Source: Chloroflexota bacterium
GTDB lineage: Bacteria > Chloroflexota > Anaerolineae > Anaerolineales > UBA11858
Direction of reading: 5' to 3'
DNA length: 58,946 bases
NCBI GenBank assembly: GCA_039714275.1
Contig: JBDLJO010000002.1
Coordinates: 1-58,946 of the forward strand
The notes under the pieces are model-generated. The model did not search any database, was not told the DNA's origin, and worked only from the letters and a program-made list of their open reading frames with translations. Positions 47,787 through 56,680 of the stretch are shown in pieces. Made by a program: the position numbers and the translations under genes. Position 1 is the first letter of the stretch; the number at the start of each line of letters is the position of its first letter.

Positions 47787-48596
47787 ATGAATACAAATCA
47801 AGTTCAAATCCTACTGACTAACGACGACGGCATTCAATCACCTGGTTTATGGGCAGCGGCTGAAACCCTGGACCCCTTGGGATATATCACGGTAGCAGCA
47901 CCGCGTGAGCAATCATCCGGGGCCGGGCGAAGCCTGCCGATGACATCGGATGGCATCATTCAGCTAGAGAACGTGCACGTCAATGGGCGCAGCTGGCCGG
48001 TACATGCGGTTGGTGGAACACCTGCTCAAGCTGTGCAGCATGGCGCGCTTGAGATCATGCCTCAGAAACCCAATCTGGTGGTTTCCGGAATCAATTATGG
48101 AGAAAACCTGGGTGTGGGAATCACGGTTTCAGGTACGGTGGGCGCGGTTATGGAAGGCGCAGCACTGGGAATCCCAGGGTTAGCGGTATCCCTGGAAACA
48201 GAGCAAAAACACCACTACTCCTACTCCACTGAGGTGGATTTTTCAGCAGCAGCTTATTTCACAGCTTATTTTGCAGAACGTTTGTTAAAGTATGGGTTAA
48301 TACCTGATGTGGATTTAATCAAAGTGGATATCCCGGCAAATGCGACCCCAGATACCCCCTGGGAAATCACCGGACTCTCTCGAGCACGGTTCTATGAGGC
48401 GATACTTCCGGAACGGGAATCCTGGGAAGAACCCGGTATCATGGGCTACCGCATCACCGATGCCTGGCGAAATGCGGAGCAAGATTCCGATGTTTATGCT
48501 GTGCGAGTGAAAAAAGTTGTCGCAGTGACTGCAATCAGCCTGGATATGACCTCACGAGCAGCGTTCAAAGAAATCGAAGATCTTCTTCGGGAATAA
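47787..48596 (+). CDS. surE: 5'/3'-nucleotidase SurE
   Basis: ATG 47787 gives MNTNQVQILLTNDDGIQSPGL. The ORF-track start at 47670 overlaps the previous gene and is rejected. Confidence 0.9.
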   Translation: MNTNQVQILLTNDDGIQSPGLWAAAETLDPLGYITVAAPREQSSGAGRSLPMTSDGIIQLENVHVNGRSWPVHAVGGTPAQAVQHGALEIMPQKPNLVVSGINYGENLGVGITVSGTVGAVMEGAALGIPGLAVSLETEQKHHYSYSTEVDFSAAAYFTAYFAERLLKYGLIPDVDLIKVDIPANATPDTPWEITGLSRARFYEAILPERESWEEPGIMGYRITDAWRNAEQDSDVYAVRVKKVVAVTAISLDMTSRAAFKEIEDLLRE

Positions 48597-48667
48597 CAAG
48601 CGCTCTTGCACCAGCAGGATACCCTGATCTATTATTCAGAAATGTCCATAATTGGCCGAGAAGGTCA

Positions 48668-49450
48668 TTATGGCTGTGTACCGACAAGCACATCTAAGAT
48701 CTTTGGGTGGAGATGGGGGTTAGCCGTTATGATGGAAAGCGGATAGGACAGGAAATCCGGGCCGCCAACCATATCGGTTACCAGGCCGCCCGCTTCAGTT
48801 ACCATGAGGACTCCAGCAGCGGCATCCCAGGGTTTTAAACCTTTTTCCCAGTAGCCATCAAAACGTCCAGCAGCAACATAACAGAGATCGAGGGCAGCAG
48901 ACCCCAGGCGGCGAACGCCCTGCGTTTTTAAGGAGAGGGCGGCAAAATGATCAAGGTTGTTATCAGGGTTGGTCCAGGTGTCATAGGGGAACCCAGTGAC
49001 CAGCAAACTATGAGCTAAATCTTCTGTTTTTGAGACCTGTAAAGGGACATCATTGAGCCAGGCACCGCGACCACGTTGAGCTGTGAAACATTCATTGTTC
49101 ATGGGATTGAACACAACCCCCAGAAGCGCCTTTCCTTTATGGTAATAAGCCAGAGAAACCGAGAAGATGGGAATAGCATGGGCATAATTGACAGTCCCAT
49201 CCAACGGGTCAAGGTACCAAATATGGTTACTATCTCCCGGTGTTACACCGTTTTCTTCGGCAATAATATGATGTCCGGGGAATTGGTCTTGAATGGCGTG
49301 CTGCAGGAACTCTTCTGCACGACGATCAATTTCAGTAACCAGGTCAATGGTTCCTTTATAGTCAACCTGAATATCTTTACCAAAACCAGTTCGTAAAATC
49401 TCGCCAGCCTGACGGGCTAATCTTTCTAAATCAGATAATTTTGGCAGCAT
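48668..49450 (-). CDS. Inositol monophosphatase family protein
   Basis: WYLDPLDGTVNY and WDAAAG motifs. ATG 49450 is preceded by GAGGAG. Confidence 0.85.
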   Translation of the reverse strand: MLPKLSDLERLARQAGEILRTGFGKDIQVDYKGTIDLVTEIDRRAEEFLQHAIQDQFPGHHIIAEENGVTPGDSNHIWYLDPLDGTVNYAHAIPIFSVSLAYYHKGKALLGVVFNPMNNECFTAQRGRGAWLNDVPLQVSKTEDLAHSLLVTGFPYDTWTNPDNNLDHFAALSLKTQGVRRLGSAALDLCYVAAGRFDGYWEKGLKPWDAAAGVLMVTEAGGLVTDMVGGPDFLSYPLSIITANPHLHPKILDVLVGTQP

Positions 49451-49958
49451 GGTCTCCTCAAATTGGAAAGCCCTCATCATCACCAATTAGGGGAGAAGAT
49501 GATGGTATTAATCATTTTTTTGTCTATCACCGTCGATAATAATATCCCGAATTTCAATATGATCAAGTTGCTCTAGATCATTTGAAAGAATATGCTTTTT
49601 CTCGATAATTGCGCCTGTTTTCGGCGGCTTGAAAAGCACCTGACGCAGTTAACAAGGGTGCATTTTAACATAGGTCGTCAACGATGGCTGGTTGGTCATG
49701 AAAATACGAGGGGAATTTGTCTTTTGCATGCGGGTTTTGGCATGGAAATTGGGACAGAAATGACCAATTGATTACCCCAAAATGGTGAGAATATTTCTGG
49801 GGCTAAAGCAGAAATGATAATTCACTGCTCTCAATTTAATTTAGTATCATTTAGCACTGTATTGATCAAACAAGGATGTGGGAAGTGAAGTTCTGCTATA
49901 ATGGACCCATCACCACATCTTCTTTTCGGCCAATGACTAGATAAAAGGAGGGGTATCC

Positions 49959-52900
49959 TTGAATCAGGCCGCAGGTAAACTTACAATCAGCAATGGCCCA
50001 AACAGCGGCCAAATTTTCCAGCTTGAAAAAATTGAAACCATCCTCGGGCGTGATGAGAAAGCCGATTTTGTATTATCGGATCCTGCAGTATCACGTCGGC
50101 ATACCAGAATAACATGGCGTGAAAACCGTTATTGGATCGAAGATCTGGGCAGTTCCAACGGAACTTTCTTAAACGGGGTGCGGTTGGTGGCCGAGGCAGC
50201 AGCATTAGCGCATAAAGACCAGGTCCAATTAGGAAGAATGATTAATTTGGTGTTTGAATCGACCACAGATGTTGAAGAAAGCCAAACTGGGGAAAAGACA
50301 ACAGCCGTTGCTGTGCAAACCATGATCGATGTTGAGAAGCCCCATATCCCAACCAAGGCACCCGAATTGATCGTCACAATCTCTGGAACCCCTGAGCAGC
50401 GCTACAAACTAGAAGAAGATAAGATAAGTATTGGCCGTGCGGATGATAACGATATTGTTATCCAATCTCAAATCGTCTCCCGGCATCATGCGCACCTGGA
50501 GCGCTTTGGCAGCAGGTACCTGATCGTACCCCACCCAGATGCCACCAACCCCCTATACCTTGATGGTTATCCATTAACCGAAAAACAAGCTCTTTCTGAA
50601 AGCAATATTCTGCGCATCGGAGGACAGGATCCAGGACTGATGGTTTCCCTGGGATACAGCAGTCCTTCGGATGTGGAATCGACCATTGATGCCAGGGTGG
50701 TAAAGTTTGGCCAGCAGAACGTATTGAATATTGGGCGGGATGCCGCCAATGAAATCGTACTCGAAGCACCGAATATCTCCAGATACCATGCTCAAATTGA
50801 GCGCGTCGGTCAGCGCTACCGGGTGCGCGATTTACGCAGTGCCAACGGCACTTTTGTCAACGATCAACGTGTGGATGAAGAAGCTTGGTTAAACCCAAAT
50901 GATTCGATCAAGATAGGGTCATACCGGTTCATTTTAGGAGCCGATCAGCTTTCACAATACGATGACAGCGGTGGTCTACAAGTCAGTGCAGTGGGACTGC
51001 AAAAATGGGTGCGCAAAGATCTAAATATTTTGCAGAATATCTCCCTAATATTCCAACCGCGTGAGTTCATCGTTGTCGTCGGCCAAAGCGGGGGGGGTAA
51101 AACAACACTGATTGACTCGATTTCAGGATACCGCCCAGCAACCAATGGGCAGGTTCATGTCAATGGAATCGACACCTATGAAAATTTTGATGCGATTCGA
51201 GGCGATATCGGCTATGTTCCCCAAAAAGATATCATTCACATGGAACTGACCGTGATTCAAGCGCTCGATTATGCTGCCCGACTGCGGATGCCCAAAGATA
51301 CCAGCAAGGAGGAAAGGGATCAACGGGTCGTGGAAGTTCTGGATGATCTCGATTTGACATATCGGAAAGATGTGCAGATCAGTGGATTAAGCGGCGGACA
51401 GCAAAAACGGGTATCGATTGGTGTAGAACTGCTGACCAAACCAGGGTTGTTTTTCCTGGATGAACCGACCTCAGGTCTGGATCCTGGGAATGAGACAGCG
51501 TTAATGCAGTTGATGCGCCGGCTGGCTGATCAAGGCCGCACGATCGTATTGGTAACACATGCTACTAAAAATGTCATGCTAGCTGATAAGGTTATCTTTC
51601 TAGCTCGGGGAGGGTATTTGGCCTGGTTTGGCCCACCAAACGAGGCATTAGCATACTTCAATCGATACCGGACAGAACGCAGCCAACGAGCGGGAAAAAT
51701 TGAATTTGATGAAATTTACGCCATCCTGGACGATCCTGGTTTAGGGAGCGCTGAAGATTGGGCCCATCGCTTCCAAGAACATCGCGCTGCTGCAGAATAT
51801 ATCAGAGAACCGCTAGCAGAAGCCCAGCAAAAAGCCGCATCCCCTCCCATAAAAAAAGCAAGCAAAAAAGGAAGCTCCAGTTCCAGCAGGAAAAATATAT
51901 CTTCACTGCATCAGTTTTTAATCCTTTCGGCTCGCAATTTAAATATTCTGGTACGGGACCGATCCAGCATGATACTGATGCTGATCGTTGCACCTATGGT
52001 GGCATCGCTCGATTTTATCATGGCGCCAATGATGGGGCGAAATCTTTTTGATTATTTTGATGGGAAAATGCCGGTGATTTCGGTCACGTTATTTTTAATG
52101 ACGATCAATTCGCTGTTGGTAGGCGGTCTTTCTCAAATGCGTGAGTTCGTTAAAGAGGCTGACATTTATAAACGTGAGCGGTTAGTCAATCTTAAAATAT
52201 TCCCCTATGTTGCATCCAAGGTTTGGATTGCTGGATTGTTGGCCCTTTATCAAGGGATGGCTTATACGGTTATTCACAATATTGCCTTTGAGATGCCTGG
52301 CGGGATTGAGGAATTCGTCTTTACCTATATTACGCTGGTATTAGCTGTGCTGGCGGGGATGATGCTGGGGTTAATGGCCTCAGCACTATCTCCTGCGGCC
52401 AGTTCAGCTCCATTGATCATGATCATGCTGTTGATACCGCAAATTGTTTTGAGCGGCTCATTAGCACCGCTGCCAGAAACGGTCAGTGCCCCGGCTTCGA
52501 CGCGATGGACCTTTCAAGCCTTGATGGGTATCACGGGAGGAGGTTCAGATGTCGCCGCAGATCCATGTTGGGAGCTGTCAGTTGATGAGCGCGAAGCCCT
52601 GACCCTGGATGAAAAAGATGATTTAGGGTGCCGGTGCATGGGAACAAATATTTTTAACCCAGATTTATGTAATTTCCCAGGAATAGGCATTTTTTACGAT
52701 CCATCGGTGGTGTCGGATGAACCTGTCAAGCCAGAACCCTTGGGAAGTCCTCCTCCAGAACCTGAAATTCCAGCAGCACCAGAAGCCCCGGAAGATCCAT
52801 CCGACAATATCGCATTTGCTGGTTATATGGTGAGTCTGCAAAAATACCAAGAAGAAGTTAATCGTATTCAAGAAAACTATAAAACTGAAATAAAAAACTA

Positions 52901-53168
52901 CCAAACCCTTGCTGATGCTTATAAGGTGGAAGCGACCGCCTTTCAAACCAAAGTTACTCAATGGGGAATTGACCGCATGTCAGCCGTCAACGGAGCAGAA
53001 GGTTTGATCGCAGTGATGCACAATGACTTTGGTTGGACCTTTATTAATAAAGAAGATACCGGCGGTTATTATAAACAGGTTCTAATTACCTGGATTTCAC
53101 AATGTATATTAATCGTTATTATGGGTGGCATAACGCTGTTTCTCATCAAACGGAAGGATACAAAATGA
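49959..53168 (+). CDS. Triple-FHA-domain ABC transporter (fused NBD plus ABC-2/ABCG-type permease)
   Basis: 1069 aa, TTG start with AGGAGG 8 nt upstream. Three FHA cores: GRDEKADFVLSDPAVSRRHTRI..GSSNGTFLNG, GRADDNDIVIQSQIVSRHHAHL, and GRDAANEIVLEAPNISRYHAQI..SANGTFVND. Walker A GQSGGGKTT, signature LSGGQQKRV, Walker B LFFLDEPTSGLD, and 6 TM helices. Confidence 0.9.
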   Translation: MNQAAGKLTISNGPNSGQIFQLEKIETILGRDEKADFVLSDPAVSRRHTRITWRENRYWIEDLGSSNGTFLNGVRLVAEAAALAHKDQVQLGRMINLVFESTTDVEESQTGEKTTAVAVQTMIDVEKPHIPTKAPELIVTISGTPEQRYKLEEDKISIGRADDNDIVIQSQIVSRHHAHLERFGSRYLIVPHPDATNPLYLDGYPLTEKQALSESNILRIGGQDPGLMVSLGYSSPSDVESTIDARVVKFGQQNVLNIGRDAANEIVLEAPNISRYHAQIERVGQRYRVRDLRSANGTFVNDQRVDEEAWLNPNDSIKIGSYRFILGADQLSQYDDSGGLQVSAVGLQKWVRKDLNILQNISLIFQPREFIVVVGQSGGGKTTLIDSISGYRPATNGQVHVNGIDTYENFDAIRGDIGYVPQKDIIHMELTVIQALDYAARLRMPKDTSKEERDQRVVEVLDDLDLTYRKDVQISGLSGGQQKRVSIGVELLTKPGLFFLDEPTSGLDPGNETALMQLMRRLADQGRTIVLVTHATKNVMLADKVIFLARGGYLAWFGPPNEALAYFNRYRTERSQRAGKIEFDEIYAILDDPGLGSAEDWAHRFQEHRAAAEYIREPLAEAQQKAASPPIKKASKKGSSSSSRKNISSLHQFLILSARNLNILVRDRSSMILMLIVAPMVASLDFIMAPMMGRNLFDYFDGKMPVISVTLFLMTINSLLVGGLSQMREFVKEADIYKRERLVNLKIFPYVASKVWIAGLLALYQGMAYTVIHNIAFEMPGGIEEFVFTYITLVLAVLAGMMLGLMASALSPAASSAPLIMIMLLIPQIVLSGSLAPLPETVSAPASTRWTFQALMGITGGGSDVAADPCWELSVDEREALTLDEKDDLGCRCMGTNIFNPDLCNFPGIGIFYDPSVVSDEPVKPEPLGSPPPEPEIPAAPEAPEDPSDNIAFAGYMVSLQKYQEEVNRIQENYKTEIKNYQTLADAYKVEATAFQTKVTQWGIDRMSAVNGAEGLIAVMHNDFGWTFINKEDTGGYYKQVLITWISQCILIVIMGGITLFLIKRKDTK

Positions 53169-53169
53169 T

Positions 53170-54162
53170 ATGAAACGAAATACACTATTACTGATCGTTA
53201 TCTTGGTCTGGATAGGCGTGAACTTGGCCTGCAGCAGCAGTGATGATACCGAGGCGACCGCCCAGGCAATTACGGAGATTCTTTCTTTAACAGCCACCGC
53301 AGCGGTCCCGCAGGCGGAAGAGACGGAGAATCTGTACCTGACTGCTCAAGCTGAAGCAACCGAGCAGGTAATACTCGAACCGGAGGTGGATACAGAATCA
53401 CTGCAAGCCACTGCGATGGCAGAATCTAGTGTCATAGGTGAACTCAAACTTTATGGAATTGATCCAGAGAAGGGGCAAATTGGATGGGTTCATCCCCCTG
53501 TTAACCTTGAGGCGGATAGGTATATGGCGTTTGATTATGCCAATGATTATCCAGAAGTCATTGTGGGCGATTTTGTGATCGCGTCAGATATCACCTGGGA
53601 TACACAATACGGCACATCAGGCTGCGGCTACTTGCTGCGTTCAAACGGGGATCAAAATTCGGGTGATCAGTATATGGTCTTAATTACGCGCGCAGGTAAC
53701 GGTCACTTGATTTTTGCTATAACTGAAAACGGCAATCCCGTTGGCGGCTACGATGTCTTCCCCCGTACTTCTGATAAATCCTTTGATTGGCATAATGGAA
53801 CCACCAATCGTGTTGCCATTGTAGGGAAAGGCAGCACCTTTACTTTTTATACCAATGGGGTCTGGGTTGATGAAATTGATCTAACCAATCCGCCCCCAGC
53901 GCCCGTAATGCCAGCTATTCCAGCGATTCCAAGCGATCAATCCAATAACCAATTGATGGAAATATACCGGCAGCAAATGGCGGAGTATGAAAATATGGTT
54001 GAAGAGATTAGGAATAATTTCAATGGGTTATTAAGCCGTGCCCAACAAAAGAGCCCCATCTATGAGCATGGATTTGTGGGTTTGATATTGGTCAGTGAAT
54101 CGGGACATTCCATCTGCCAATTTGATAATGCATGGTTATGGATGATGAATCCTGAAGAATAA
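53170..54162 (+). CDS. Secreted or lipid-anchored protein with a concanavalin/LamG-like beta-sandwich domain (family uncertain)
   Basis: 330 aa. Signal peptide MKRNTLLLIVILVWIGVNLAC with a weak lipobox. The start is 1 nt after the ABC stop. A beta-rich core is interrupted by a Pro-rich plus helical insert. Confidence 0.6.
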   Translation: MKRNTLLLIVILVWIGVNLACSSSDDTEATAQAITEILSLTATAAVPQAEETENLYLTAQAEATEQVILEPEVDTESLQATAMAESSVIGELKLYGIDPEKGQIGWVHPPVNLEADRYMAFDYANDYPEVIVGDFVIASDITWDTQYGTSGCGYLLRSNGDQNSGDQYMVLITRAGNGHLIFAITENGNPVGGYDVFPRTSDKSFDWHNGTTNRVAIVGKGSTFTFYTNGVWVDEIDLTNPPPAPVMPAIPAIPSDQSNNQLMEIYRQQMAEYENMVEEIRNNFNGLLSRAQQKSPIYEHGFVGLILVSESGHSICQFDNAWLWMMNPEE

Positions 54163-54365
54163 TATTTGCGTATTTTCAACTATCTCCCAGCATCTTTCCA
54201 CTCCCCTTTTTCATGAATTGCGATTGGCTAGTATCAAAGTGGATTGCTACATTGTCTTAAGGAAAGGGGACAATGACATACTTTGTGGAGATTCATCGCC
54301 ATGCTCAGAATTCCAATATAAAAGAATTTGTCCAAAAGATCAGATGAAGAACGGGTAAAACAAAA

Positions 54366-55832
54366 TCAATTGACAGCAGCAGTATTTTTCTTCAAACGCT
54401 GATTTGTCCACCAGAGGATTCCAGCCAGCAAAGCTAGAAAGCTGACCAAATAGAGTACCACGACACCCAGACTTATTCCATCTACCCAGGCTCCATAAAT
54501 TAGACCTGCCAGGGTGCTGAAGAGGGAAACCCAGGCAACATAGACCCAAGCCTTGAGCCTCCCGATGATTGAGGCTGTGATCAGGATACTCTGCAAGCTT
54601 AGTTCCGGATCGGAAATCAAGTAAGCCAGTAAAGGACCGCGGTGCATCCCGAGGCTGAGGAACATCTGAGCAATGGGCACTTCTACCAGGGTAGGAAAGT
54701 ACATAAAAACGCCAAAGACAACACCGATAAAGTTGCCAAACACTGTGTTGCTCCCAGCCAGGATCTCTATCCAAGCAGGTTGAATCAATTCCTTGATCAT
54801 CCCAACGAGGAAAACACCTATGATCAATAGGGGGAAAATTTGTTTGACGAAGCGCCAGGATTCCCAAAGGAAACTGCGGGTTTCATCTTCGGTCAATTGG
54901 GTTTTTAGAATCCAACCCAACAAAATAGTTGAGATTGTTACCCCGAGGAATTTTCCTGTAAACTGCAGAGTCACACCCCCTGTGTGAGGGATGACACCCA
55001 GCGAAGCAATCATCAGAGTCAGCCCAACCAGAGAAATGGAAACCCATGTCCAGGCATTGAATCCCTCGAAGATATTTTCGATCCCCTTCCAAGAAGTCAG
55101 ACCGATCAGTGCTAGCATCCCAATCAGCAGCGCACCCTGGGCAGTGACACCTTCTTCACCGCGGGCAGAATCAAAGGGTACCAGGTTGAAAAGCCAATCC
55201 TGAAAGCGATCCACACCTGAAAGCGGTAGGTCTACAGTCAGATAGGTATGTTTTAACACCTCGATCTGAAAAGTACCTAAGATCAATAGGGCAACTAAAA
55301 CCAGCAGGAAAATCAACCCCGCGCGATGCATTTTTGCCTGACCGGCAAAGAGGTCATTGGTGACCTGATCGCGTTCGGCATCAGCAGCCCGGAAGATCAA
55401 TGCCATAATTACACCTACCCCAATGCCAAAGGCAATCGAAAGCACCAGACGTGCAACTGCCAAATCCATGCCGATGACTGCACCAGTATAAGACAGCGCC
55501 AGGATATTAACTGCTGGAGCGACAAAAAGAAAAGTTATCGCAGGACCCAGCCCGGCGCCTTTCTTGTAAATTCCAGCGAAAAGGGGAATAACCGTGCAAG
55601 AACAGACGGCGAGCAGAAACCCCGCAACAGCAGCGGCCGGGTAAGAAACGAATTTGGGGGTATTTCGACCTAGGTAGCGCGTGATGGTCTCTTTAGGGAT
55701 CAGGGCGGTCATAGCTCCAGCAATGTAGAAGGCGGGGAGCAGGCAAAGCAGTACATGGGCTGCCAGATAAGCGGCCAAGTTACCAAGACCGCTGGAGAGC
55801 AAATGAAGGATAAATTCAAAAACAGAGGTCAT
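54366..55832 (-). CDS. Permease of the PF03773/DUF318 (ArsP-like) type
   Basis: 488 aa and polytopic. The CSCTVIPLFAGIYKKGAGLG motif is typical of this family. ATGA overlap with the upstream thioredoxin-like gene. Confidence 0.7.
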   Translation of the reverse strand: MTSVFEFILHLLSSGLGNLAAYLAAHVLLCLLPAFYIAGAMTALIPKETITRYLGRNTPKFVSYPAAAVAGFLLAVCSCTVIPLFAGIYKKGAGLGPAITFLFVAPAVNILALSYTGAVIGMDLAVARLVLSIAFGIGVGVIMALIFRAADAERDQVTNDLFAGQAKMHRAGLIFLLVLVALLILGTFQIEVLKHTYLTVDLPLSGVDRFQDWLFNLVPFDSARGEEGVTAQGALLIGMLALIGLTSWKGIENIFEGFNAWTWVSISLVGLTLMIASLGVIPHTGGVTLQFTGKFLGVTISTILLGWILKTQLTEDETRSFLWESWRFVKQIFPLLIIGVFLVGMIKELIQPAWIEILAGSNTVFGNFIGVVFGVFMYFPTLVEVPIAQMFLSLGMHRGPLLAYLISDPELSLQSILITASIIGRLKAWVYVAWVSLFSTLAGLIYGAWVDGISLGVVVLYLVSFLALLAGILWWTNQRLKKNTAAVN

Positions 55833-56080
55833 TTTGGATTCAGGACAGAAGTGACAAAGCTGGTTACCTCAGCAAGCGAAGGAATACGCCCCGTACTCAC
55901 TGTCACATCATTGATCACCAAACCAGGCGTGGACAAAACACCGTAATCTATATATTGGTTAGGATCGGTTACTTTGATGATTTCTGCATCCACTGAAAGT
56001 TGGTCAACAACTTTACGGGAAATTTGTTCCACACGTTTGCAATTAGCACAGCCTGATCCAAGTACTTTGATCATAAGCAT
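55829..56080 (-). CDS. Thioredoxin-fold protein, redox-active disulfide protein 2 type
   Basis: ATG 56080 (AGGAGG upstream) gives MLMIKVLGSGCANCKRVEQ... (CxxC), 83 aa. The longer ORF-track start at 56161 overlaps arsR. Confidence 0.8.
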   Translation of the reverse strand: MLMIKVLGSGCANCKRVEQISRKVVDQLSVDAEIIKVTDPNQYIDYGVLSTPGLVINDVTVSTGRIPSLAEVTSFVTSVLNPK

Positions 56081-56091
56081 GTTGTATCCTC

Positions 56092-56490
56092 CTAAAGTAA
56101 ACCATCTTCTTTGAGCATAATCTCGTTGTTCGTTTTTGATACACAATCTGGGCAGCAGCATTGAGGAAGCGGATTCGTTGAAATAAGCTGGTCCAGTTCT
56201 CCGGGGGATATGCCGGCCACATGCCCCGCCGCACGCATGAGATCCAACAACTTCTGATCCTGCAATCGATAAAAAACGTAGCGGCCCTCCCGACGAGTAT
56301 CCAGGAGCCCGATTTTACGCAAAGCCATCAGGTGCTGAGAGATGTAGGCCTGACGGTATCCCAGTAATGTTTCCAGGTGGCAAACGCAGGCTTCTCCTTC
56401 ACCAATGGCCAGCAAGATTTGCAAACGAGCCGGTTGACTGATATTCGCTAATAAGTGGCTGATGGGTTTAATCATGTTTTTCATATTCAT
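56092..56490 (-). CDS. ArsR/SmtB-family metalloregulator
   Basis: 132 aa. Winged-helix core ARLQILLAIGEGEACVCHLETLLGYRQAYISQHLMALRKIGLL with a CVC motif, and a Cys-rich tail PQCCCPDC. The start could be ATG 56490, 56484 or 56475. Confidence 0.85.
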   Translation of the reverse strand: MNMKNMIKPISHLLANISQPARLQILLAIGEGEACVCHLETLLGYRQAYISQHLMALRKIGLLDTRREGRYVFYRLQDQKLLDLMRAAGHVAGISPGELDQLISTNPLPQCCCPDCVSKTNNEIMLKEDGLL

Positions 56491-56502
56491 AATTATGAAT
56501 AT
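56483..56502. promoter_or_regulatory. Perfect 20-bp palindrome, probable ArsR operator
   Basis: ATATTCATAATTATGAATAT, checked base by base. On the minus strand it sits immediately downstream of a TACAAT -10-like hexamer and overlaps the first two ATG codons of arsR. Confidence 0.55.
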
Positions 56503-56574
56503 ATTGTACTACACATTCAGGCTATTGAATATATCCAGCATTTATAGCTAATAGGTAAAATGCATGAAGATGGC

Positions 56575-56613
56575 AAAACAAAAAAATCGCCGTTCTGGAT
56601 CTAGAGCGGCGAT
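56575..56613 (-). terminator. Intrinsic terminator of the ribonucleotide reductase gene
   Basis: The minus strand reads ATCGCCG-CTCTAGATCCAGAA-CGGCGAT followed by TTTTTTTTGTTTT, about 65 nt after the stop. Confidence 0.75.
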
Positions 56614-56680
56614 TCAGTACAATCCATTAAGAAAAGAATTATGCCAAATTGAAATGTATTTCTAATAAGCTACAGGGAAA

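Noticed and set aside
54340-54867. 175-aa minus-strand ORF overlapping the permease gene in another frame.
   Set aside because: The 488-aa frame has the family motif and a coherent TM pattern. The alternative frame is Cys/Trp/Arg-rich and has no support.
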